A model generated the notes under the pieces. The model was not told the origin of the DNA. It ran no database searches and was given only the letters and a program-made list of their open reading frames with translations. The translations under genes and the position numbers were made by a program. DNA of 64,000 nt from Gordonia sp. (in: high G+C Gram-positive bacteria). GTDB lineage: Bacteria > Actinomycetota > Actinomycetes > Mycobacteriales > Mycobacteriaceae. The DNA lies in the NCBI GenBank assembly GCA_047605305.1, contig JASGFW010000003.1:896-64895 (forward strand), given 5' to 3'. Positions within the stretch are counted from its first letter, which is position 1; each line of letters opens with the position of its first letter. Of this stretch, positions 30,738 to 39,908 are shown in pieces.

Positions 30738-31106
30738 GTGATTCAGCAGGAATCTCGCCTGCGGGTCGCCGACAACACCGGAGCCAAGGAAATCTTGTGC
30801 ATCCGTGTGCTGGGCGGCTCGTCTCGGCGTTATGCCGGCATTGGTGACGTGATCGTCGCCACTGTCAAGGACGCCATCCCCGGCGGCAACGTCAAGCGGG
30901 GAGAGGTCGTTAAGGCAGTCGTCGTGCGCACCACCAAGGAGCGCCGCCGTCCGGACGGAAGCTACATCCGTTTCGACGAGAACGCCGCCGTCATTCTCAA
31001 GAATGAGAGCGACCCCCGCGGTACCCGCATCTTCGGCCCGGTTGGCCGTGAGCTGCGTGAGAAGAAGTTTATGAAGATCGTGTCGCTGGCACCGGAGGTG
31101 ATCTGA
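30738..31106 (+). CDS. rplN: 50S ribosomal protein L14
   Basis: GTG at 30738 with an AAGGAG RBS at 30723-30728. [18 protein letters not shown]... is a canonical L14 sequence (122 aa). Confidence 0.97.
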   Translation: MIQQESRLRVADNTGAKEILCIRVLGGSSRRYAGIGDVIVATVKDAIPGGNVKRGEVVKAVVVRTTKERRRPDGSYIRFDENAAVILKNESDPRGTRIFGPVGRELREKKFMKIVSLAPEVI

Positions 31107-31107
31107 C

Positions 31108-31425
31108 ATGAAGGTGCACAAGGGTGACACCGTGATCGTCATCTCGGGCAAGGACAAAGGCGCCAAGGGCAAGGTTATTCAGGCCTTCCCGAAGGAGCAG
31201 CGTGTTCTCGTCGAGGGCGTCAACCGCATCAAGAAGCACACCGCCGCCTCGGCTAACGAGCGTGGCGCATCCTCTGGCGGCATCGTGACCCAGGAGGCCC
31301 CCATCCACGTCTCGAACGTGATGGTTGTGGATTCCGACGGCAACCCCACCCGCGTCGGATACCGCGTGGATGAGGAGACCGGCAAGAAGGTCCGGATTTC
31401 CCGCAAGAACGGGAAGGACATCTGA
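31108..31425 (+). CDS. rplX: 50S ribosomal protein L24
   Basis: [23 protein letters not shown]... matches L24. Confidence 0.97.
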   Translation: MKVHKGDTVIVISGKDKGAKGKVIQAFPKEQRVLVEGVNRIKKHTAASANERGASSGGIVTQEAPIHVSNVMVVDSDGNPTRVGYRVDEETGKKVRISRKNGKDI

Positions 31426-31426
31426 G

Positions 31427-32029
31427 ATGACCACTACTGAAACTGTTAACGGCAGCTCTGCCGAGAAGATCACGCCGCGGCTCAAGACTCGCTACCGCGA
31501 GGAGATCAAGGACGCGCTGAACACGGAATTCGACTACGCCAACGTGATGCTGATCCCGGGCGTGGTGAAGGTCGTGGTGAACATGGGTGTCGGCGACGCC
31601 GCCCGCGACGCCAAGCTCATCAACGGTGCCGTCGCTGACCTTGAGCTGATCACCGGCCAGAAGCCCGAGATCCGTCGGGCGCGCAAGTCGATCGCGCAGT
31701 TCAAGCTTCGTGAAGGCATGCCCATCGGTGCCCGCGTCACCCTGCGTGGCGACCGTATGTGGGAATTCCTGGATCGTCTCGTGTCGATCGCCTTGCCGCG
31801 TATCCGTGACTTCCGTGGACTCTCCGACCGCCAGTTCGACGGTAATGGCAACTACACCTTCGGTCTGAATGAGCAGTCGATGTTCCATGAGATCAACATC
31901 GACAAGATCGACCGGCCGCGGGGTATGGACATCACCGTCGTCACCTCGGCGACGACTGACGACGAGGGCCGTGCGTTGCTGCGTCACCTCGGCTTTCCGT
32001 TCAAAGACAACTCCGTGAAGGACAACTGA
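31427..32029 (+). CDS. rplE: 50S ribosomal protein L5
   Basis: ATG at 31427. [15 protein letters not shown]... and the rest of the L5 core are present. The upstream part of the track ORF overlaps rplX out of frame. Confidence 0.96.
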   Translation: MTTTETVNGSSAEKITPRLKTRYREEIKDALNTEFDYANVMLIPGVVKVVVNMGVGDAARDAKLINGAVADLELITGQKPEIRRARKSIAQFKLREGMPIGARVTLRGDRMWEFLDRLVSIALPRIRDFRGLSDRQFDGNGNYTFGLNEQSMFHEINIDKIDRPRGMDITVVTSATTDDEGRALLRHLGFPFKDNSVKDN

Positions 32030-32214
32030 TGGCAAAGAAGGCTCTGGTCAACAAGGCCAACAAGAAGCCCAAGTTCGCCGTGCGGGCCTACACCCGGTGC
32101 AATCGTTGCGGCCGGCCGCATGCGGTGTTCCGCAAGTTCGGCCTGTGCCGCGTGTGCCTGCGTGAGATGGCGCATGCCGGCGAGCTTCCGGGCGTGCAGA
32201 AGTCGAGCTGGTGA
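32029..32214 (+). CDS. rpsN: 30S ribosomal protein S14, zinc-binding type Z (61 aa)
   Basis: [46 protein letters not shown] contains the CxxC...CxxC zinc ribbon. Confidence 0.97.
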   Translation: MAKKALVNKANKKPKFAVRAYTRCNRCGRPHAVFRKFGLCRVCLREMAHAGELPGVQKSSW

Positions 32215-32258
32215 TTTTTCGCCGCTGGTCTCGGTAATCGGCGGCGGCACAACATAAT

Positions 32259-32299
32259 ACGACGGTCCCGTCTCCCGATGTGGGAGGCGGGACCGTCGT
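32259..32299 (+). terminator. Strong hairpin (18 bp stem, 5 nt loop) after rpsN, terminator-like
   Basis: ACGACGGTCCCGTCTCCC-gatgt-GGGAGGCGGGACCGTCGT has one G-U wobble. A second 7-bp hairpin, GCCAGCA-ttat-TGCTGGC, follows at 32307-32324. There is no U-tract. Confidence 0.6.
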
Positions 32300-32549
32300 C
32301 ATGTGTGCCAGCATTATTGCTGGCCGAGGTGATCTCTCGGGTGGTCGGTGATGCCTGGTTGACCCGCTGCGGCTCGCGTTGCGCGGCAGAAATATATGTC
32401 CCCGCGGTGGCCCGATGGGAAACCTCATGGCATCTCCGTGGCAATACGACGGCACTAGGGTAGGAGAGCACGGAGTCGGACTTTCCGGTGGCTCGGCTCC
32501 GTCGGCGTGTTCGACGACGATGCGCCGGTCATCGAAGAAGAGGTGGGTC

Positions 32550-33458
32550 ATGGCGATTGTGCTCGGCGAGAATCAGTACGGCAAGGCGGAGAACCGGGTG
32601 GTGCGGATCTACCGCGACACCGAACGGCACGAGATCAAGGACGTTCGGGTGGGGAGTGCGTTGCGCGGTGATTTCGCCGCCGCCCACACCGAGGGTGATC
32701 AATCCAAGGTGCTCCCTACCGATACTCAGAAGCAAACGATCTACGCCTATGCCAAAGAGGTGGGCATCTCCACCATCGAGGAGTACGGGCTGGCGCTGGC
32801 CCGGCATTTCGTCGACGATTTCGAGCCGGTTGTCGGCGCACGTCTGGAGATTGACGAATACGACTGGGAGAGAGCCGTTGTCGACGGCGTCGAACATAAC
32901 CACACGTGGATTCGCAAGGGGCAGGAAGTCCGCACCACCGATATCACGGTGGACGGTGTCGGCGACGAGCAGCAGACGTACGTCGTCAGTGGCCTCAAGG
33001 AACTGGTGGTACTGAAGTCGACCGGCTCGGAGTTCAAGGATTTTCTCGTCGACAAGTACACGGTGCTCGAACCGACATCCGATCGGGTGATGGCGACGTC
33101 GCTGGCGGCCAAGTGGCGCTACCTCGGCACCGAGGTTGATTGGGATGGCGTCTATGCCGGAGTTAAATCGATCATTGTGGCGAAATTCGCGACGGTGCAT
33201 TCTCTGGCCCTGCAGCAGACCCTCTACGAGATCGGGACTGCGGTACTGCAGGAGTATCCCGAGATCGCCGAAATCAAATTGTCGGCGCCCAACAAACACC
33301 ACTTCGTCTATGACCTCGCCCCATTTGGGCTGGAGAACAATAACGAGGTGTTCCACGCCGACGACCGCCCCTACGGCCTCATCCAGGCGACGGTTATCCG
33401 CGACGACGCTCCTGCCGCGGGGTTAGCCTGGACGGGGCAGCTGGGCTGGCTCGCTTAG
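32550..33458 (+). CDS. Urate oxidase (factor-independent urate hydroxylase)
   Basis: The start is set at ATG 32550 (GAGGTG 5 nt upstream). MAIVLGENQYGKAENRVVRIYRD..., LKSTGSEF and SAPNKHHF match bacterial uricase well. The 57 in-frame upstream codons of the track ORF are probably leader. Confidence 0.9.
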   Translation: MAIVLGENQYGKAENRVVRIYRDTERHEIKDVRVGSALRGDFAAAHTEGDQSKVLPTDTQKQTIYAYAKEVGISTIEEYGLALARHFVDDFEPVVGARLEIDEYDWERAVVDGVEHNHTWIRKGQEVRTTDITVDGVGDEQQTYVVSGLKELVVLKSTGSEFKDFLVDKYTVLEPTSDRVMATSLAAKWRYLGTEVDWDGVYAGVKSIIVAKFATVHSLALQQTLYEIGTAVLQEYPEIAEIKLSAPNKHHFVYDLAPFGLENNNEVFHADDRPYGLIQATVIRDDAPAAGLAWTGQLGWLA

Positions 33459-33547
33459 ATTGGCGAGGTAGGAGGCTCGGCTGGCGAGTAGACCACGCCT
33501 AGCCCCGACACAGGTGTAGCGGACGGGGCGTCGAAAGGACTCCGCCG

Positions 33548-35524
33548 ATGGTGTTCGGGTTGTCAGAAATCGGTCCGGATGATCTGCGCGACGATGTGTG
33601 GGTCGATCTGCTTCCTTGGCTTGACTCCTACGAGTCGGCGGACGCTGCTTACCTTGAGGCACTTGTTCCCGGTGTGCCGGATTGGTGGATCTCCGATAGC
33701 CCGCGCGTAACCGCGGCGGGTGTAAACCTCGGGGAGCTTGTGACGGAGTTGGGGCGTCTCATTGTGCGCAGACACCGCCGAACAGCGTTCGGTGAGCTCA
33801 TGCCCGGACTTGACCGGTCGATCCCACTCGCGTCGCTGAGGCTTGGCCCGCGCGCGGAGACCGTGATTCGCAGACTGACGGCACGTGACTTCGTCGCCGT
33901 TCTGTTGGCTGCCGATGTTCGGACAATGCTGGCCCTCCGCGGGACCAGTTTGGAGTCCGTTGAGCTCATTGCGGGGGCGATTGTTGGTGCGGCCCTCCGG
34001 GTCGCTCCCGCAATCGGCGTCGGCTCGGATGAGGAGACTGAGAACCCCGTTGCTGCACAGGTGGTCGATGACTTGCGATTGCTGGCGCGTTGGCGACGGT
34101 TGCGTGCGCACCCGGATGATCAGCTGATCGAGGTTGCCCTCGAGGATGACGTTCCGGAGCCGGTGCAAGAGGCGGCTGCGCGCCTGGCCGCGGTCACCGG
34201 CCGGGACCTCGATGACCTGGTTGAACCGAATCCGATCGATGAGATCGAGAACCTCATTGAACAGCTTGATGAACGGCAAGAGGTGGTACTGCGTTCGTAT
34301 CTGATGTCTTTAGCACCGATATCGATGGGCGAATTGAGTTCGCGTTTGCACGTGAGCAAGAGTCGGGCGGGTGTGATAGCGGCCGGAATCAAGAACGACT
34401 TTGCGTCGAAGTGCGGATTCGATACCGCCGCAGGGGGGCTTCTTGCCAGTATTCGCACGGAGATCGCACCGGTGGCCCCGCTGGACAGGTTGCTCCGCCA
34501 GCATCCAGTGCTCGAACAGATTGTTCCGAGTCTGGGTGTGCCGTTGTGGCTGGTGCTTGATCGCCTCGATGACTACTTCGAAGTGATTGGGTCGTGGGCG
34601 GTCACGCCTGACCTTGCATCAGCCAAGGCGCGGACAATCACCATGCTCGAACAGTTTGAATCCGAGAATGGTGTTGTGGCGATGGATATCGCCGCTGAGA
34701 CACTCGGGTTGGCATCCGAGGACGCAGTGCGCTGGCTGCATGATTGTGAGATTCGCGTCGTTGCCGGGCATGTTTTGCTGGATACTCGGCGGATGGCCGA
34801 CCATGCTGTTGGAATCCTGGAAGCGCTTGGTACTTCTCTCTCCATCGGCGAACTGGTCGAGATCCTCGATACAGATAAGTCCCCGACCTCGGTGCTCCAC
34901 GTTCTGGCCGACGATGAACGGGTTTGTATGCGTGAGGGGCGGTGGGCACTGGCAGTGGGGGCGTCGACGACTGAGCCCCCGAACGTGGCGAAGAGTAAAG
35001 ATATCCGGCGAACGCGGCGCCTGTACCGGGTTGATGGTAGATGGTGTTACCGGATGGTGGTGTCGTCGAATCATCTGCGGGGTGCGGGCGTTGCGATTCC
35101 TGCCGGAGTTGCTCTCGCCTTCGGATGCCGGCCGGGGACAATTCGAGAGATTGCCAGTCAGCTTGGGCCACAAACGATTCGGTGGACAGGTGTCAGCCCG
35201 ACGTGCGGAACGATCAGGAGGTTTCTTGCCGAGCTTGGAGTGCAACCGAAAGACGTTGTTTTCCTGACATTTTCGGATTCTTCGGGATTTGACATCGTTC
35301 CGCAGTCGCCTTCGGCTACCAGAGACCCGCTGCGTCGAGCCCTTGCACTCCTGGGGCATCGCGCGCCTGACGACGTGGCCGAATCTGAGCTGGTCGGGAT
35401 AGTGGCAAGTGCCGTGGGGCTTCCAAGTGACTCGAAGCCACGTAACATTCTGCGAATCTTTCAATCACGTGACGAGCCGGTGGCTCAATTGTTGGAAGAT
35501 AAATGGGTGTTCGTGCCGCAATGA
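33548..35524 (+). CDS. Hypothetical protein A of the cassette, 658 aa, putative multi-domain DNA-binding protein (HhH-like, sigma-r4-like HTH, possible B3/EcoRII-N-like pseudobarrel)
   Basis: A long ORF whose stop overlaps the next gene's ATG (ATGA at 35521-35524). Domain guesses come from sequence patterns only, so the function is unknown. Confidence 0.75.
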   Translation: MVFGLSEIGPDDLRDDVWVDLLPWLDSYESADAAYLEALVPGVPDWWISDSPRVTAAGVNLGELVTELGRLIVRRHRRTAFGELMPGLDRSIPLASLRLGPRAETVIRRLTARDFVAVLLAADVRTMLALRGTSLESVELIAGAIVGAALRVAPAIGVGSDEETENPVAAQVVDDLRLLARWRRLRAHPDDQLIEVALEDDVPEPVQEAAARLAAVTGRDLDDLVEPNPIDEIENLIEQLDERQEVVLRSYLMSLAPISMGELSSRLHVSKSRAGVIAAGIKNDFASKCGFDTAAGGLLASIRTEIAPVAPLDRLLRQHPVLEQIVPSLGVPLWLVLDRLDDYFEVIGSWAVTPDLASAKARTITMLEQFESENGVVAMDIAAETLGLASEDAVRWLHDCEIRVVAGHVLLDTRRMADHAVGILEALGTSLSIGELVEILDTDKSPTSVLHVLADDERVCMREGRWALAVGASTTEPPNVAKSKDIRRTRRLYRVDGRWCYRMVVSSNHLRGAGVAIPAGVALAFGCRPGTIREIASQLGPQTIRWTGVSPTCGTIRRFLAELGVQPKDVVFLTFSDSSGFDIVPQSPSATRDPLRRALALLGHRAPDDVAESELVGIVASAVGLPSDSKPRNILRIFQSRDEPVAQLLEDKWVFVPQ

Positions 35525-36960
35525 CCGATGAAATTGCGGCTGTGTCGCGCGCACTAGGGCTTCATCACACCCTGGTTACCGCGATAGCCGACCTTGTGGA
35601 TAACTGTATAGACGCCGGGGCTCGGCATGTCCTGATCCGCTTCGTGCAGTCCGGGCGTTTGATCCAAGGTGTGCAGATCGTGGACGACGGACACGGGATG
35701 ACCAGAGCCACAATGGAGTCGGCTGTCCTATATGGAGTTGGTCGGCTTCATGACGACCGCGATCACGGGCACTTCGGCGTAGGTATGAAAGCTGCATCGT
35801 TCAGCCAGGCCAACGAATTGGCGGTGTACTCGCATGGTGCAGGCTCCGATTCGGCTGCATGCCGACTGTCAGTGACGGGGCGCCATGACGCTCCGGTTGT
35901 CGAGTGGCTGCCGACCGGGGTTGCGGAGGATGTCCTCGCGGAGATGAAGCCACGGTTCCCTTTTACGAGTGGAACGATTGTTGAATGGCGGGGCGTCCGA
36001 ACGTTTCCGTTGTCGGCATCCACCGACGAACAGGTCGAGTGGCTGGAAACAGCGATCAATGACGTGCAGGTGTGGCTCGGTCTGGTCTTTCATCGGTTGC
36101 TCGACGCTGGCCTCACTATCACCATTGACGTGTTCGATGCTGCAGTCTCACGGCCCGGTGCGCCGCGGTTAGTGCGCGCCATCGACCCATTCGGGTATCG
36201 GCGGTCTGGTGCCGTCGGGTATCCGCGCGTGGTCGAGTTGGGGATCGGGATGTCGATGACGCTCCATGTGTGGCCGGCCCGTGCAGGTGGGCTGGAATTC
36301 AAGATCGGCGGATCGCCGGGGCGTGAAGCGCAGGGATTCTTTGTCTATCGCAATGATCGACTGCTCAATTGTGGGGGTTGGCTCGGGGTGTTACGCCCGC
36401 GGCCTGAATGGGCGCTGGCCAGGGTTGAAATCGACTTGAATCAGGTGCTCAGTGACCATGTCACGATCAACCCGGAGAAGGCCGGAGTCGTCTTCGACGC
36501 GACGATCACAGCGGCACTTTACGAGGTCCTGACTGCGGGCTACCTCGAGGATGCCGCCCGGGTGTTGAAAGTGGCGCGTCGGGGAGAGCACAAGCCGATC
36601 ACTGTGGTCGAACCAGGGGCGGGGCTGCCCGACGAAGTTGCCGATGAGTTTGCCGATACCTTCACATTTTCTGAGACTGCAGACCCGGTTGACATTGGCT
36701 GGAGGGTACTTAAGGCGGACCAGTTCTTCGACGTCGATCTCGACAACCGCGCGTTATGGATTAACTCTCGCTACCGGCGGCGGCTCGGTGGGCGAAAACA
36801 ATCCGACGTCGAGGTTCCGCTCCTCCGCACGCTGGTGTTCCTGCTTACGCAGGACATGTTCGATGTTGTGCGGCATAGTGCCAGGCAGAGTGAACAGATC
36901 GCCGCCTGGCAGCGTGTACTGATAGCGGCGATGGTGGCTGAGGAGGTCGACGGACGATGA
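35521..36960 (+). CDS. GHKL-superfamily ATPase (HATPase_c_3, MORC/MutL-like), cassette protein B
   Basis: Bergerat-fold motifs: N-box DLVDNCIDAGA, DDGHGM and G2-box GHFGVGMKAAS. The ATG at 35521 (ATGA coupling) is preferred over the in-frame ATG at 35503. Confidence 0.85.
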   Translation: MTDEIAAVSRALGLHHTLVTAIADLVDNCIDAGARHVLIRFVQSGRLIQGVQIVDDGHGMTRATMESAVLYGVGRLHDDRDHGHFGVGMKAASFSQANELAVYSHGAGSDSAACRLSVTGRHDAPVVEWLPTGVAEDVLAEMKPRFPFTSGTIVEWRGVRTFPLSASTDEQVEWLETAINDVQVWLGLVFHRLLDAGLTITIDVFDAAVSRPGAPRLVRAIDPFGYRRSGAVGYPRVVELGIGMSMTLHVWPARAGGLEFKIGGSPGREAQGFFVYRNDRLLNCGGWLGVLRPRPEWALARVEIDLNQVLSDHVTINPEKAGVVFDATITAALYEVLTAGYLEDAARVLKVARRGEHKPITVVEPGAGLPDEVADEFADTFTFSETADPVDIGWRVLKADQFFDVDLDNRALWINSRYRRRLGGRKQSDVEVPLLRTLVFLLTQDMFDVVRHSARQSEQIAAWQRVLIAAMVAEEVDGR

Positions 36961-39887
36961 TCGAGGTGTTGATGGACGCGATCGTCCGTGAGTTCAATCC
37001 TGACCATCCACCCGCTCGGGTGCTGGGTGCCGTATGCGGTCGACTTATCGATACCGGGCACAATCCGGTGGATATTGAGACCGTCGTCGACGTCATTATC
37101 GATGAGCAGGCGGTTGCGGTGGGAACGGCCGTACGATCGGCGCTCACCCGATGGGACGTGGAGCGGACAGCGCCGTGGATTGATGATTCTGAACCACTAT
37201 CCGTGTCGCGTCGCGAGCTCATCTACAGCCGGCTTGGTATTCCGGCGGCTGCGTTCAGTCCGCTCACTGCACGATTCCCGATCGCCGGCGGACCGACAGT
37301 GATAGCGGCGCAACAGCCATGGGAGCCGTGGTACACGTTAGAGCGTCGATCCGAACGCAACTTTTATTGGCGTGCATACCGCGGCGTGCTTTCTGGTAAG
37401 GGCTGGGACAACCAGACGATCGATGCGCTCGATATCGCGACTTCCGAGGTCGTGCAACGGCTCGCCGATCCGACGAGGGAGGAGCCCTACCAATCGAAGG
37501 GGCTTGTCGTTGGCTATGTGCAGAGCGGTAAGACCGCCAATTTCACCGGTGTGGTGGCGAAGGCGATGGATGCGGGTTACCGCCTGATTATTGTGCTCAC
37601 CGGAACCATCGAACTTCTCCGCAGTCAGACGCAACGCCGACTCGATATGGAACTGATCGGTGTGCAGAACATCGATCCCACGGAGTATGAGAATGACGAG
37701 GACTGGCTTGATGGCAAGTTCCTTGAGCATGTCGTCGACCCAAATCACTCCAACGATGCCCCGGCAGTGCGTCGTCTCACCGGTGCTGTCGATGATTATC
37801 AGGCGCTGGCGAAGGGGATCGGTACGCTGCATTACGAGTTTGTCGATCACGGGCGCCCCCTGATTGATCCGGTGAATTTGTTCGCCAGCAACGTACGTGT
37901 CGCGGTCGTCAAGAAGAATGCGCTGGTGCTGCAGAAGCTCGTCGCCGATGTTGGCAAGATTCCGACTGCGCTCGATCAGATCCCTACGTTGATCATCGAC
38001 GACGAAGCTGACCAGGCATCGGTAAACACCGAGAATCCCAAGAAGTTCGTCGAGGGACGGGTCGGTCGCACTGCGATCAATCGTCATATAGCTGGCCTTC
38101 TCGGCCTGTTGAAGAGGGCCCAATATGTGGGCTATACGGCTACCCCTTTCGCGAATGTCTTCGTTGATCCCGAGGATGAGGTGAATATCTTCCCGAGCGA
38201 TTTCATCGTTAGCCTGGACCGCCCCACGGAGTACATGGGTGGCGCCGATTTCCATGATCGCGGCAACGATTTTGATGAAGGCGTCGTACCAACGGTGGCC
38301 AACTCCAACGAAAAGGCTTTTGTGCGAGACCTGAGACCGCAGTGCGATCAGGATCGCGACGCGGAGCGTCTTCGTGCCCTCGATTCCTTCGTGTTGGCGG
38401 GTGCGGTGAAATTATTCCGTGAGCATAGGGGCGTGAAGGGAGATTTCCGCCATCACACGATGCTCGTTCATGAGTCGGTGAAGCAGAGTGAGCACCGTGC
38501 CCTTGCGGATGATTTCACTACCTTGTGGAAGACTGCCGCTTATAGTCAGGCGGTAAGCCTGAGCCGGTTGGAAGAGCTGTGGGAGAACGATTTCCGCCCA
38601 GTATCGGAGTGCCGCGCCGCTCCTGGCGTGGTGTCCGCAGAAACTTTTGATGATTTGGTGCCATTCATCGGGGCGGCTTGCGACCGGATCGGCGAGGGTA
38701 TGGCACCGGTCATCGTCGTCAACGGTGATGCCGACAAGGACTATCAACAGGAACCGCTCAATTTCCAGCAGCGTCGGGTGTGGAAGATTCTTGTCGGGGG
38801 TACCAAGCTGAGTCGCGGTTTCACGGTAGAGGGGTTGACCACGACCTACTACACTCGCCGTACCGCCCAGGCGGACACACTCATGCAGATGGGACGTTGG
38901 TTCGGCTTTCGTCCTGGTTACCGTGATCTGGTACGGCTTTTTATCGGTCGTGAAGTACCAGGTCCTGCCGGGAGGCTGTTTGATCTGTACCGTGCCTTCG
39001 AGGCGGTCGTCGAAGACGAGGAAGAATTCCGCGCAGAGTTGGACCGCTTCAAAGGGCTCAACTCCGATGGCGAACCGATGGTGACTCCACGCGACGTGCC
39101 GCCCATGGTGTTTCAACGGCTGCCGTGGCTCAAACCAACTGCCGGAAACAAGATGTACAACGCGGAGCTCGCGTATCGGAGTGTGGGTGGGCAGAGCTTC
39201 AGCTTCACTATGCAGGGGCCACGCGGAGATGGTTCAAATAACGTCACCCACTTTGCGGCGGTCAGACCGATTCTGGATGCTGCCAAGGAGGAGGGGCGCT
39301 TCTCTTTTATCGACAAGGACGACCGCAGCCGGCAATTTGATGCACACTATGGAATCGTCCCGGCGCCGATGATCCTCGATGTGGTCGATCAGTTCATCTG
39401 GGATACGAATTGGGATTTCACACCCCACCGTGAGGCGTTCGTCCGCGCGATGGAACGGGGCGTGTTGGCGGACTTTGCAGTGTTGATTCCCCTTCCGAAG
39501 ACACGATCGCCGATTCAGATTGGGGACTATCCTAAGCTACTGCCGATCGTGCACCGTAAGCGTCAGGAGGCTGCCTATCGGACAGGTTTCACCGGAACGG
39601 CCGTGCGGGAACGAGATGCGATCGAGCACATAGCGGGAAATCCGGAGAAGAAGGTGGGCGGGCCACTGGCGCAACGCCTCTACCGGCCCGATCGCGGCGC
39701 TATGATTATGCTGTTCGCCAGCGATCCCAAGTCGGAACGGCACTTCAAGTCTATAGACCGTGGCCGAGTCAACCCACGCGATGTGGCGACGCTCTTTTCC
39801 TACGCACTCCCATACGCGGCGGACCCATCGCCGAAGATTGGCTTCACCACCAAACAATCGGGTGCGGGCGCGATTATCGATGCCTGA
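36957..39887 (+). CDS. Z1-domain protein with P-loop/DEAD-like NTPase core, cassette protein C
   Basis: 976 aa ORF with Walker A GYVQSGKT and Walker B LIIDDEADQAS. The C-terminal KLSRGFTVEGLTTTYYTRR...LMQMGRWFGFRPGYRDL block is characteristic of the Z1 domain. ATGA overlap with gene B. Confidence 0.85.
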   Translation: MIEVLMDAIVREFNPDHPPARVLGAVCGRLIDTGHNPVDIETVVDVIIDEQAVAVGTAVRSALTRWDVERTAPWIDDSEPLSVSRRELIYSRLGIPAAAFSPLTARFPIAGGPTVIAAQQPWEPWYTLERRSERNFYWRAYRGVLSGKGWDNQTIDALDIATSEVVQRLADPTREEPYQSKGLVVGYVQSGKTANFTGVVAKAMDAGYRLIIVLTGTIELLRSQTQRRLDMELIGVQNIDPTEYENDEDWLDGKFLEHVVDPNHSNDAPAVRRLTGAVDDYQALAKGIGTLHYEFVDHGRPLIDPVNLFASNVRVAVVKKNALVLQKLVADVGKIPTALDQIPTLIIDDEADQASVNTENPKKFVEGRVGRTAINRHIAGLLGLLKRAQYVGYTATPFANVFVDPEDEVNIFPSDFIVSLDRPTEYMGGADFHDRGNDFDEGVVPTVANSNEKAFVRDLRPQCDQDRDAERLRALDSFVLAGAVKLFREHRGVKGDFRHHTMLVHESVKQSEHRALADDFTTLWKTAAYSQAVSLSRLEELWENDFRPVSECRAAPGVVSAETFDDLVPFIGAACDRIGEGMAPVIVVNGDADKDYQQEPLNFQQRRVWKILVGGTKLSRGFTVEGLTTTYYTRRTAQADTLMQMGRWFGFRPGYRDLVRLFIGREVPGPAGRLFDLYRAFEAVVEDEEEFRAELDRFKGLNSDGEPMVTPRDVPPMVFQRLPWLKPTAGNKMYNAELAYRSVGGQSFSFTMQGPRGDGSNNVTHFAAVRPILDAAKEEGRFSFIDKDDRSRQFDAHYGIVPAPMILDVVDQFIWDTNWDFTPHREAFVRAMERGVLADFAVLIPLPKTRSPIQIGDYPKLLPIVHRKRQEAAYRTGFTGTAVRERDAIEHIAGNPEKKVGGPLAQRLYRPDRGAMIMLFASDPKSERHFKSIDRGRVNPRDVATLFSYALPYAADPSPKIGFTTKQSGAGAIIDA

Positions 39888-39908
39888 TCGGAACCAACGA
39901 GGGGAGCT

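Noticed and set aside
32300-32549. Purine/guanine riboswitch upstream of the uricase gene.
   Set aside because: I could not find the conserved purine-riboswitch junction sequences or a three-way junction by eye. Only generic hairpins are present. It would need an Infernal scan to exclude fully.
32379-32549. In-frame N-terminal extension of uricase (57 codons) given by the ORF track.
   Set aside because: Uricase homology starts at MAIVLGENQYGKAE. A GAGGTG RBS precedes ATG 32550, and the extension is unconserved-looking sequence that overlaps the terminator-proximal leader.
33459-33547. Short direct repeat TGGCGAG(G)TAG x2 between uricase and cassette gene A, considered as a possible operator.
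   Set aside because: There are only two imperfect 10-nt copies with no palindromic symmetry, so it cannot be distinguished from chance without comparative data.
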